From: Salinivirgaceae bacterium | GTDB lineage: Bacteria > Bacteroidota > Bacteroidia > Bacteroidales > SZUA-534 | DNA: 64,000 nt | NCBI GenBank assembly: GCA_017617355.1 | Contig: JAFZWI010000036.1 | Location: 1,082 to 65,081 of the forward strand | Reading direction: 5' to 3' | Shown here: positions 37,210 to 45,685 of the stretch, in pieces | Position numbering within the stretch: position 1 is the first letter of the stretch | Layout: each line of letters begins with the position of its first letter | Notes under the pieces: model-generated | The model's input: only the letters and a program-made list of their open reading frames with translations | Told to the model about the DNA's origin: nothing | Database searches by the model: none | Made by a program: the position numbers and the translations under genes

Positions 37210-38367
37210 ATGATTTTTCGGCGTACCATATTGCTTGCTGCCTTGCTGTCGGCTGTGGCGGCACCGGCCACTGCGCAGATGACAACAACAGCGAGCGGTT
37301 TGCAGTATCAGATAATTGAGCCAGGCAACAATCGTCATCCGCAACCGGGTTGGCGTGTCTGGGTTGAATACACCGGCACGCTCGACGACGGCACAGTGTT
37401 TGCCAGCACCCGCGAGACTGGCGGAATCGACCTGTGGCTGGGCTGTGGACAGCTTATAAAGGGGTGGGAGGAAGCCCTGCCGATGATAGGCGAAGAGGGG
37501 CGAATTATACTCATAGCACCCCCTTCGCAGGGTTATACTGATATGGAAGTGCCAGGTATTCCCAAAAATTCGACATTGCATTTTGAAATCAAACTTGTGC
37601 AGGCCGACAGCTTTCCGGCAATAAAACCTTTTGCCGTAAAAGGTGTTAAAAAGCAGAAAACACCAAGCGGAATAACTTGTTACTGCATTGAACATGGGCA
37701 CGGCAAACCGGCAAAGAAAGGCGACAATGTGTATGTCAACTACACGGGCTGGCTGCCTGACGGCACCATATACACCACAACCCGCACCTCGGGCGAGGCA
37801 CAGCGTTTTACGGCCGGCATGGGCGAGGCTTTTGTGGGTATGGATTCGGCTCTGCTGATGATGCCCGAAGGAGCAAAGTGCCGGTTCATTATTCCGTACA
37901 GGCTAGCCTTCGGCGACAAGGGTTATGCCAACCGCATACCTCCCAAAACTGATGTTACGCTTGACATTGAAATGATGCGCATATCGCCCGAAAAGAAAAT
38001 AACAAAATGGGATTGCACAGGCCTTGACACCATTACCACAGTCTCGGGGTTGCGCTATGTTGTGCTGGACCCCGGTTATGGCCCGCGTATTGAGCTCGAC
38101 AATATTGTAACAGCCAACTATTCTGCTTTTTATAACGATACTTTGTTTGACTCATCGGTTAAGCGTGAGTCGCCAATCCGCTATCCTGTTGGTGCGGGCA
38201 TTGTAATAGACGGGTGGGAGGAGGCCACACTGCTGATGCGCCGAGGCTCGCGTTTCCAGTTGTTTGTACCCTCGAAATTAGCTTTTGGCAGCGACGGACC
38301 GCAAATCGGCCTGCCAGCTGACGCTGATGTAATCTTCGATGTTGAGATTCTTGATGTTATGGAATGA
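37210..38367 (+). CDS. Periplasmic FKBP-type peptidyl-prolyl isomerase with three FKBP domains
   Basis: Signal peptide ...APATAQ. Three repeats follow the pattern SGLxYxxxxxGxG...V.Y.G.L.DGT.F..., each ending in ...L.F.IEL/I. Confidence 0.85.
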   Translation: MIFRRTILLAALLSAVAAPATAQMTTTASGLQYQIIEPGNNRHPQPGWRVWVEYTGTLDDGTVFASTRETGGIDLWLGCGQLIKGWEEALPMIGEEGRIILIAPPSQGYTDMEVPGIPKNSTLHFEIKLVQADSFPAIKPFAVKGVKKQKTPSGITCYCIEHGHGKPAKKGDNVYVNYTGWLPDGTIYTTTRTSGEAQRFTAGMGEAFVGMDSALLMMPEGAKCRFIIPYRLAFGDKGYANRIPPKTDVTLDIEMMRISPEKKITKWDCTGLDTITTVSGLRYVVLDPGYGPRIELDNIVTANYSAFYNDTLFDSSVKRESPIRYPVGAGIVIDGWEEATLLMRRGSRFQLFVPSKLAFGSDGPQIGLPADADVIFDVEILDVME

Positions 38368-38500
38368 TGAAAAGGGAAGATGTGAGTGTTTAATGTTTAG
38401 AGATTAATGTTTAACGAGTTTAAAGTTAGAAGTTGCAAGGCATAAGGCAAAAGTAATTACGAATTACGATGTAGGGACGCGGTATAGCATGTCTGTACAA
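38368..38500. repeat. C-poor low-complexity module plus a TGTAGGGACGCG...GTCTGT motif
   Basis: GAAAAGGGAAGATGTGAG...ATGTTTAG resembles 54336-54370. AAGTTAGAAGTTGCAAGG and TGTAGGGACGCG (38470-38481) resemble 48920-48978. Confidence 0.6.
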
Positions 38501-38510
38501 CAATCCCCGT

Positions 38511-38643
38511 CATTCCGATGAATCCCGATAACCATCGGGACGGAATCTTTATCATTTTGCAGAGATGCTGTCCCGATAGCTATCGGGGCAAGTTCAGCAT
38601 GACAGAAGACATCATTCCGATGAATCCTGATAGCTATCGTGGA
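38511..38643. repeat. REP-like palindrome cluster
   Basis: There are three hairpin units. The first is TCCCGATAACCATCGGGA (38523-38540). The second is the perfect 16-nt palindrome CCCGATAGCTATCGGG (38572-38587). The third is an imperfect copy at 38626-38642. The first and third are preceded by the identical 15-mer CATTCCGATGAATCC (38511 and 38613). Confidence 0.85.
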
Positions 38644-38773
38644 CTTCGCTGTTGAGCACATTTTTAATTCTTCATTTTTTCATTCTTCCGTACAAATAAC
38701 CTCATTACGTAAAAAATACACGCCCGATGATAAATAAAGTTGCATCTTTGAGTGATGTTTAAACATTATAGGA

Positions 38774-41700
38774 ATGGGCAAGCGGATAACACTCATATTC
38801 TCATTGTTGGCAGTATGCGCCATAGCGGTTGCCCAATCATTCCCTTTCCCTACGGAAAACCTTCAACTTTGGCTCCGTGCTGATAGTGTTGAGCTGACCG
38901 ACGGCAAGGTCTCGCAATGGTACGACCTAAGCCCTAACCAGTATGAAATAGTGCAGACAGATGCGGCGTCTAGACCTATGCCCAATGGCAAATTTTCAAT
39001 ATCATTCAACGGAACATCAACATACTTGACCGGCGGAGATATTCTTGATTTAGGAAATACAAGTTGGACATGGTTTGTTGTTGGAAAATACATCAATGGT
39101 ACAGGTGTCAACACCCCATGTTTTTTGGGGAAGTATGACCGATACAAGAATTGGAATGTGCAGCCACATTGGACATTGGGAAAAGAAGCTCGATTTATCC
39201 TTTGGAAACCTTCTTATTATTATATTGAAGAACCATCAAATTATACAGAAGAGATTTTTTCAGTATTTGAATATGAGATACTTAACAGAAATGACAACTC
39301 AACAACTATATATGTAAATAATGCCAAAAGAAGTCAGAGTAGTTATTCTCCAGGTTTTTATGACATTACCAACAATATAGACTTTAAAATAGGCGGTAAT
39401 TTGGTATTAAGTACGGCAGCGCCAAGCGGCAATTATTTGAATGGGCAAATATCCGAAATCATTGCTTTCAACACTATTGACAGCACATTGAGAGAGCAAG
39501 TTTATAATTATTTATACAACAAGTATGTAATGTCATCAGTCAATCTCGGCTTAGATATTAACATGTCATACGGCTTTGCCGACACCGCCATAACAACAGC
39601 TTACAAACCAGACTTTACATCATACTTGTGGAGCGCAGGCGAGACAGACTCAATAATTCATGTCAACAAGTCTGGAAAATATTGGGTAACAGTAACAAAC
39701 GCTTTCGGTTACACAAGTTCGGACACCATAAATGTCTATTATCCGAAGCCAACCCAATTGCACGATACCACCATTTGTGCTGGTGATATTCTTACATGGA
39801 ATGCAGCGCTTAATGGACCATACAGCTATATGTGGAGCGACGGCACAACCGAAAGTTCGTTGGATATATCAACAGCCGGCAAGTACTGGCTTACTGTTAC
39901 CGACACCGCTGGTTACGTGTGGAAGAGCGATACAATAACAGTCAGTATCGACGATTATCCGCTGACAACATCTTTCACCTCAGGCAATGCGCACATTATC
40001 GACACTGCTCTATGTAGCGGCAATGCGCTTGGGTTGGCTACAAATGCTGATGTTACCACTGCATACCAATGGAGCAATGATGCCACATCGGCACGTATCA
40101 GAATAAGCGAATCGGGCGACTACACGCTTATTTCGACAAACAATCGAGGCTGTCAGGCAACCAACACCGCTCATGTCAGCATAAAAGGCGCTGCGCCCAA
40201 AATCAATTACAGCATCAATAATTTGTGCTACGGCGACCAGACAGAGTTTGTGGGAAATGCGGCATCGGAACAAGGAATAGCATCTTATCTGTGGATTGTT
40301 GACGGGACCGACTCTCTGCCGACAAAAGATTTTCAATATGCTTTTTCGACTGTTGGAGAACACCATGTGAAATTTGAAGTGGCGTCGAACAACACCTGTA
40401 TGAACGACAGCATAATAAGCGTCAATGTTAAAGATGTTCCGGTACCCGATTTTAGTTTTATGCCCGTATGCGCAGGACTGCCAATGGATTTTGTTGCCGA
40501 CAACCGTGTGCCCAATGGCAGCTCGGTTACGCAATACGAGTGGAGCGTGAACGGAACGACTATCGGAACTGACGAGAGTCTGACTTATACCTTTGGTGGC
40601 GATGCTGATGTGCCGCTGACCTATACGTTGACCTTGGACAACGGCTGCACGGGTGAGAAAACCATTGATGTGCCAGTTAAAGCGGAATATGCCACACCAC
40701 GGCGAATGTCGTGTGTCTATCCCACAAATGGGCAGTTTGTTATGGACGATACTGTTGATTTTTTGTGGAATACAGACACTGACATTCTCTATTACGAATT
40801 GATAACATCAGCCGATGCATCGTTCGCCGCAGCCGACACCATTTGCTGCTCGGCAAACAACTATTCAGTAGCTGCGGAGCAATTTGGCGATACTACTTAT
40901 TGGAAAGTGCGGGCTTATAATCATTGTATGAGGGCAGGGGAGTCGACACCATATATGTTCCGAAAAACTATAGGTGGACAAATGAATTTTGCATCCGACA
41001 CCACACTTCAGCTTTGGCTCCGAGCCGACAGCGTTGAGCTGACCGACGGCAAAGTTTCACGCTGGTACGACTTGAGTTCTAACCAGTATGAGATAGTGCA
41101 GACAGATGCGGCGTCTAGACCTATGCCCAATGGCAAATTTTCAATGTCATTCAATGGTACATCAACATATTTGACTGGCGGGAACATTCTTGATTTAGGA
41201 AATAGTGGTTGGACGTGGTTTATTGTTGGAAAGTACATCAATGGTACAGGCGTAAACACCCCATGTTTTTTGGGAAAGTATGACCGATACAATAATTGGA
41301 ATGGACAACCACATTGGACATTGGGAAAAGAAGCAAGATTTATCCTTTGGAAACCATCGTATTATTATATCGAGGAGCCATCAAATTATACAGAGGAGGA
41401 TTTTTCAATATTTGAATATGAATTACTTAATAGAAATGATAACACCACGACTATATATGTGAATAAAGACAAAAGAAGTCAGAGTGTTTATCCTCCAGGT
41501 TTTTATGACATTACCAATAATATAGACTTCAAAATAGGCGGTAATTTGGTGCTAAGCACGGCAGCGCCAAGTGGCAACTATTTGAACGGTCAAATATCCG
41601 AAATCATTGCATTCAATACTATTGACAGCACGTTGAGAGAGCAAGTTTATAATTATTTATACAACAAGTATGTGCTGTCAGCAGTCAATCTCGGCTTAGA

Positions 41701-44131
41701 TATTAACATGTCATACGGTTATGCCGACACCGCCATAACAACAGCCTACAAACCAGATTTCGTAAAATATCAATGGAGCACAGGCGAGACCGACTCTGTA
41801 ATTCATGTCAACAAATCGGGAAAATATTGGGTAACAGTAACAAATGCTTTCGGTTACACAAGTTCCGACACCATAAATGTCTATTACCCCGAGCCAACGC
41901 AATTGCACGACACCACCATTTGTGCTGGCGATGTTCTTACATGGAATGCCGTGCTTAATGGCACGTATAGTTATCTGTGGAGCGACGGTTCAACCGAAAG
42001 CTCGTTAGCGATAACAACCGCGGGCGAGTACTGGCTCACTGTTACTGATACTGCTGGCTTCAAATGGTATAGCGACACAATAACAGTTGCGGTGGATAGT
42101 TTCCCCGTTGCGGCACGGCTTGAGGGCGACCGGATAAATTCGTGTGTCGGCAACAACATCTATCTGCAAAACGGCTACGAGGAGGCTGTTGGCTATCTTT
42201 GGAGTGACGGTAGCACAGCCAACCATTTGGCGGTTACCGAATCGGGGCAGTATTGGGTGAAAGTGACCGACAACATAGGCTGTAAAGCTACTGATACGGC
42301 CTATATCAGCGTTTTGGGCATTGCGCCTACGCCCGATTTCACACATACAGCACTCTGCGCCACTCGCGATATTGAGTTCAGCAATCTGTCGCACTCAAAC
42401 GACGATTCGCAGATAACAGCTTACCTATGGCAGTTTGGCGACGGCGGCGTGTCGGTTGAACAAAATGCAACTCATAGTTATAGGTTGAGCGGCACCTACA
42501 GCATGCAGCTAACGGTGTCGAGCAACAACGGCTGCAGCAATATATTGAAAAAAACGCTCATTATCGACTCGCTGCCGACAGCGGCTTTTGCGCCGGCACA
42601 GGCTTGCAGCTTCAACGATGTACAGTTTACCGACCTCAGTACCACGCCTGTCAACTATCTGACTGAATGGCAATGGACAATGAACGACAACGTCTTTGCC
42701 GAGCGCAATCCGCACACCATGTTCCGCACGGCGGGCGATATGCCAGTGCAGCTTGTTGTCGGTACCGCCCATGGCTGCACCGACACTCTGCGCTCAAGCA
42801 TCAGCATCCTTCAAGGACCGGATGTTGATTTCAACTACAGTGCCACTTGCCTTAAAACGCCTGTATATTTCTCGAACAGAACCATTTCGGCATTCAACCT
42901 TGCAGCAAGCTATCAATGGCTGATTGATGATGAGGAAAAAAGCACGGTTCGAAGCCCGAATTTCACTTTCAACGATACGGGAACCTACAAGGTTACGCTG
43001 ACAGCAAAGCAGCTGGCCAATGGTTGTGTGGCAACTAAAAGCCGATATATCAGCATTTTACCGCCGCCTGATGTTAGAATAAGTGCGGGGCTGATTTGTC
43101 AGAACCAGCCAACTGAGATAACCGCAACCAACATTGAGCCAGGCAATATTGTGAGCCAGTGGGTGTGGACTTTTGATAATGAAATCAAGATAAATAGTCA
43201 GGCAGCTACCATAAGTTTTGAAAAGGAGGGAAAGCATAACATATCGGTAACGGCTACCGATACAGTCGGTTGCACCGACAGGGGTGACACTACCATTGTT
43301 GTCCGTCCCACACCAACAGCACAGTTCGCTGCCATGCCTGCACGCGGCCCCGTGCCTTTCAAGACTGAATTGTTGAACCAATCGACTAATGCTGATTCGT
43401 ATGAGTGGCATATAAGCGACGGTGCCACATCGCAAGCTGAGGAGCTGGCGCATACTTTTGCCGACAGCGGCACTTTCAGAATAACACTTGTAGCCAAAAA
43501 CCTCTACGGCTGTGCTGACACCATACGCCACATTGTTACTGCCATTGTGCCTAACACCGATTTGGTTCTTATCAATGCCGAATCAGATTTAAGTGACGGC
43601 TACATCAGCATCTCGGCATTGGTGGCCAACAACAGCCCCTATGACCTTGCCAACACCGTCATCAATTGGACCGACAATCTTGGGCACAATGTGCGCGAAG
43701 TGATAGCCGATACCATAAAATCGGGGAAAATCTATCATTACACGTTTACAGCAAAAATAGGGGTGGACGCGCCTAACCGCTTGAAATACATCTGCGTTAA
43801 TGTTGAACCGGCAGTTAATGATGATAATGCGCCCGACAACAACCAGTTCTGCATAACAATGAATCCCAATGAGTTCAGCATTGAGCCGGCAAAACCAAAT
43901 CCGGCCGATAATCGCTTGAAAATAAGTTATGTGATTCCAGAAGAAGGAACCGTAAAAATAGAACTTTTCAATCAGACGGGAATACTTGTCGGCATACCGT
44001 TCAATGGAACGGCAAACGCAGGCTACAACGAATTTATGTTTGATTCAAGCCTTTTGAAATCAGGGATGTACCATTATCGGATAACATACGACGGACACAG
44101 CCGTGTGGGGGTGGTAATGGTGATGCATTGA
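38774..44131 (+). CDS. Giant T9SS-sorted surface protein: 2x LamG-like lectin domain, many about-45-aa YxWSxGxT repeats, multiple PKD domains, type-A T9SS CTD
   Basis: 1785 aa with a signal peptide. LamG-type segments begin LQLWLRADSVELTDGKV...FNGTSTYL (twice). PKD signatures are present (WQFGDGGVSVEQNATHSY...GTYSMQLTV). The CTD reads KPNPADNRLKISY...KIELFNQTG...LKSGMYHYRI. Confidence 0.9.
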   Translation: MGKRITLIFSLLAVCAIAVAQSFPFPTENLQLWLRADSVELTDGKVSQWYDLSPNQYEIVQTDAASRPMPNGKFSISFNGTSTYLTGGDILDLGNTSWTWFVVGKYINGTGVNTPCFLGKYDRYKNWNVQPHWTLGKEARFILWKPSYYYIEEPSNYTEEIFSVFEYEILNRNDNSTTIYVNNAKRSQSSYSPGFYDITNNIDFKIGGNLVLSTAAPSGNYLNGQISEIIAFNTIDSTLREQVYNYLYNKYVMSSVNLGLDINMSYGFADTAITTAYKPDFTSYLWSAGETDSIIHVNKSGKYWVTVTNAFGYTSSDTINVYYPKPTQLHDTTICAGDILTWNAALNGPYSYMWSDGTTESSLDISTAGKYWLTVTDTAGYVWKSDTITVSIDDYPLTTSFTSGNAHIIDTALCSGNALGLATNADVTTAYQWSNDATSARIRISESGDYTLISTNNRGCQATNTAHVSIKGAAPKINYSINNLCYGDQTEFVGNAASEQGIASYLWIVDGTDSLPTKDFQYAFSTVGEHHVKFEVASNNTCMNDSIISVNVKDVPVPDFSFMPVCAGLPMDFVADNRVPNGSSVTQYEWSVNGTTIGTDESLTYTFGGDADVPLTYTLTLDNGCTGEKTIDVPVKAEYATPRRMSCVYPTNGQFVMDDTVDFLWNTDTDILYYELITSADASFAAADTICCSANNYSVAAEQFGDTTYWKVRAYNHCMRAGESTPYMFRKTIGGQMNFASDTTLQLWLRADSVELTDGKVSRWYDLSSNQYEIVQTDAASRPMPNGKFSMSFNGTSTYLTGGNILDLGNSGWTWFIVGKYINGTGVNTPCFLGKYDRYNNWNGQPHWTLGKEARFILWKPSYYYIEEPSNYTEEDFSIFEYELLNRNDNTTTIYVNKDKRSQSVYPPGFYDITNNIDFKIGGNLVLSTAAPSGNYLNGQISEIIAFNTIDSTLREQVYNYLYNKYVLSAVNLGLDINMSYGYADTAITTAYKPDFVKYQWSTGETDSVIHVNKSGKYWVTVTNAFGYTSSDTINVYYPEPTQLHDTTICAGDVLTWNAVLNGTYSYLWSDGSTESSLAITTAGEYWLTVTDTAGFKWYSDTITVAVDSFPVAARLEGDRINSCVGNNIYLQNGYEEAVGYLWSDGSTANHLAVTESGQYWVKVTDNIGCKATDTAYISVLGIAPTPDFTHTALCATRDIEFSNLSHSNDDSQITAYLWQFGDGGVSVEQNATHSYRLSGTYSMQLTVSSNNGCSNILKKTLIIDSLPTAAFAPAQACSFNDVQFTDLSTTPVNYLTEWQWTMNDNVFAERNPHTMFRTAGDMPVQLVVGTAHGCTDTLRSSISILQGPDVDFNYSATCLKTPVYFSNRTISAFNLAASYQWLIDDEEKSTVRSPNFTFNDTGTYKVTLTAKQLANGCVATKSRYISILPPPDVRISAGLICQNQPTEITATNIEPGNIVSQWVWTFDNEIKINSQAATISFEKEGKHNISVTATDTVGCTDRGDTTIVVRPTPTAQFAAMPARGPVPFKTELLNQSTNADSYEWHISDGATSQAEELAHTFADSGTFRITLVAKNLYGCADTIRHIVTAIVPNTDLVLINAESDLSDGYISISALVANNSPYDLANTVINWTDNLGHNVREVIADTIKSGKIYHYTFTAKIGVDAPNRLKYICVNVEPAVNDDNAPDNNQFCITMNPNEFSIEPAKPNPADNRLKISYVIPEEGTVKIELFNQTGILVGIPFNGTANAGYNEFMFDSSLLKSGMYHYRITYDGHSRVGVVMVMH
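38860..39960 (+). repeat. Internal segmental duplication, copy 1
   Basis: Aligns without net indel to 41005-42105 at an offset of exactly 2145 nt (715 codons). Identity is high by eye and includes a 53-nt identical run (38948-39000 = 41093-41145). Confidence 0.9.
41005..42105 (+). repeat. Internal segmental duplication, copy 2
   Basis: See copy 1. Confidence 0.9.
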
Positions 44132-44161
44132 TGTCTAATTAGTCTTGTCGTATGACAGCTA

Positions 44162-45283
44162 CTACATCACAAAATTTTCAATATTATCGGAGTTAACTAC
44201 CAAAAAATCAGAATTTTTGTATGCATCGCTGAATGTTTTTGGCAGCTTTGGATTCTTTTTCGGGCTCCATTTAATCTCACACGCAAGAAGTTTGCCGTCC
44301 GATTCCTCAAGATAATCAATCTCTTGCTGCTGTTTGGTTCGCCAAAAATAACTGTTAACCCACAATCCGCTGTATGCGATATGCTTCATACGCTCGGCCA
44401 CTACAAAGTTCTCCCACAAATGGCCAATATCCTGCCGCACTTCGGGCAAGGTGAAATCGGCAATCAGCGCATTTCGAATGCCATTGTCATAAAAATAAAT
44501 TTTGCGGACGGTCTTCAACTCATTACGCAAATTACGGGCAAACGAAGGCAATCGGAAAATCACATAACACTGCTCAAGCAGCGATATATATTTTTCAACG
44601 GTTTTTGAATCCATTGAGCAAATATCGCCCAACTCGTTGAACGACACCTGCGAGCCAATTTGATATGCCAACGCCCGAAGCAATGTCAGCAGTTTGTCGG
44701 GGTGCTTTATATTTTCCCAAGCCAATATGTCTTTATAGAGATAGGCATCAGTCAGTTGTTTGAGCACTTGTTTCTCATTACCGCTACTTGTCACAACTTC
44801 AGGATAATAGCCATATACAAGGCGTTGAGGCAAAAGCCGTTTCTCTTTTATAAGTCCATGATGTTGAACCATTTCAGCAAATGACAAAGGAAACATTTGA
44901 TATTGCCATTTCCGTCCAGTTAATGGTTCGTTAACCTCGTTGGCCAAGTCGAAGGCCGAACTGCCAGTCGCAATCAGTTGAACATCTTTTATTTGGTCGG
45001 TAATGAGTTTCAGTCGCAAGCCTATGTCTTTAATCCGTTGCGCCTCGTCAATTACAATGACTCTGTTATTGCCGAAAAGTTTTTTCAGTCTGTCTGCCGA
45101 CGTGTCTTCAAACATCTTCTGCACATCCAATTCGTCGCCGTTCAGCCATAAACAACCATTGCCACCTGAAACCAAACTGTTAAGCAGTGTGGTTTTTCCC
45201 ACTTGCCGTGCACCCAGCAGAACCAATGCTTTGCCGCAGAACAATTTGTTTTTGATAGTATCTTCCAATAGCCGTTTTATCAT
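44162..45283 (-). CDS. AAA-type ATPase with DUF4143-like C-terminal domain
   Basis: The ATG at 45283 gives MIKRLLEDTIKNKLF..., with Walker A GARQVGKTTLL and Walker B VIVIDEAQ. The C-terminal half is typical of the abundant Bacteroidales ATP-binding protein / DUF4143 family. Confidence 0.8.
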   Translation of the reverse strand: MIKRLLEDTIKNKLFCGKALVLLGARQVGKTTLLNSLVSGGNGCLWLNGDELDVQKMFEDTSADRLKKLFGNNRVIVIDEAQRIKDIGLRLKLITDQIKDVQLIATGSSAFDLANEVNEPLTGRKWQYQMFPLSFAEMVQHHGLIKEKRLLPQRLVYGYYPEVVTSSGNEKQVLKQLTDAYLYKDILAWENIKHPDKLLTLLRALAYQIGSQVSFNELGDICSMDSKTVEKYISLLEQCYVIFRLPSFARNLRNELKTVRKIYFYDNGIRNALIADFTLPEVRQDIGHLWENFVVAERMKHIAYSGLWVNSYFWRTKQQQEIDYLEESDGKLLACEIKWSPKKNPKLPKTFSDAYKNSDFLVVNSDNIENFVM

Positions 45284-45302
45284 ATGCACTCATTTTTAAT
45301 CG

Positions 45303-45310
45303 CAAAAATA
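45303..45310 (-). promoter_or_regulatory. Candidate -7 box (TATTTTTG on the minus strand)
   Basis: The plus strand reads CAAAAATA, the reverse complement of TAnnTTTG. It lies 20 nt upstream of the ATG at 45283. Confidence 0.3.
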
Positions 45311-45312
45311 CG

Positions 45313-45364
45313 ACTTTTTTGGAATTGATTCCGTAAAAGTTATAACTTTTTCGGAATTGAATCC
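45313..45364. repeat. 32-bp-period direct repeat upstream of the ATPase gene
   Basis: ACTTTTTTGGAATTGATTCC (45313-45332) and ACTTTTTCGGAATTGAATCC (45345-45364) match at 18 of 20 positions. A weaker third copy, ACTTTTGCCATTTCC, starts at 45389. Confidence 0.75.
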
Positions 45365-45685
45365 TTGAAATACATTATGTAACAAAAGACTTTTGCCATT
45401 TCCTATTCTGCCATTTTATTCCACAAACGTTGCAAAATCACAATTTTTATGGAATAATGTTTTGCGGCATTAATATGATTTTCCATCAAAAAAGCCCATA
45501 TATAAGCGATTGTCGGTTTTTTCCCGTGGTTTTGTATAGAATTAAGCCAATCGGTCGTTTTTTAACTCCGTTACCAAATAAATGTTCAGCATGCGGTAAT
45601 CGTGAAAGTGGCTGCGTTTGATTTTGGTTGAGGGGGAGGTCATTGTTGTTTTGTGCTACTTGAAAAAACTCTACCTATAAGCATT

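Noticed and set aside
38464-38661. 65-aa minus-strand ORF (…PIAIGT…PMVIGIHRNDG…)
   Set aside because: It is a translation of the REP-like palindromes, and its internal peptide repeats mirror the DNA repeats.
38863-41292. A pair of nearly identical 94-aa minus-strand ORFs (38863..39147 and 41008..41292)
   Set aside because: Their similarity is a by-product of the 2145-nt-offset duplication inside the plus-strand giant gene. They lie antisense to a LamG-like coding segment.
45430-45621. 63-aa plus-strand ORF in the 400-bp gap upstream of the first ATPase gene
   Set aside because: It has no motif and lies in an AT-rich non-coding-looking context with repeats. It is probably spurious.
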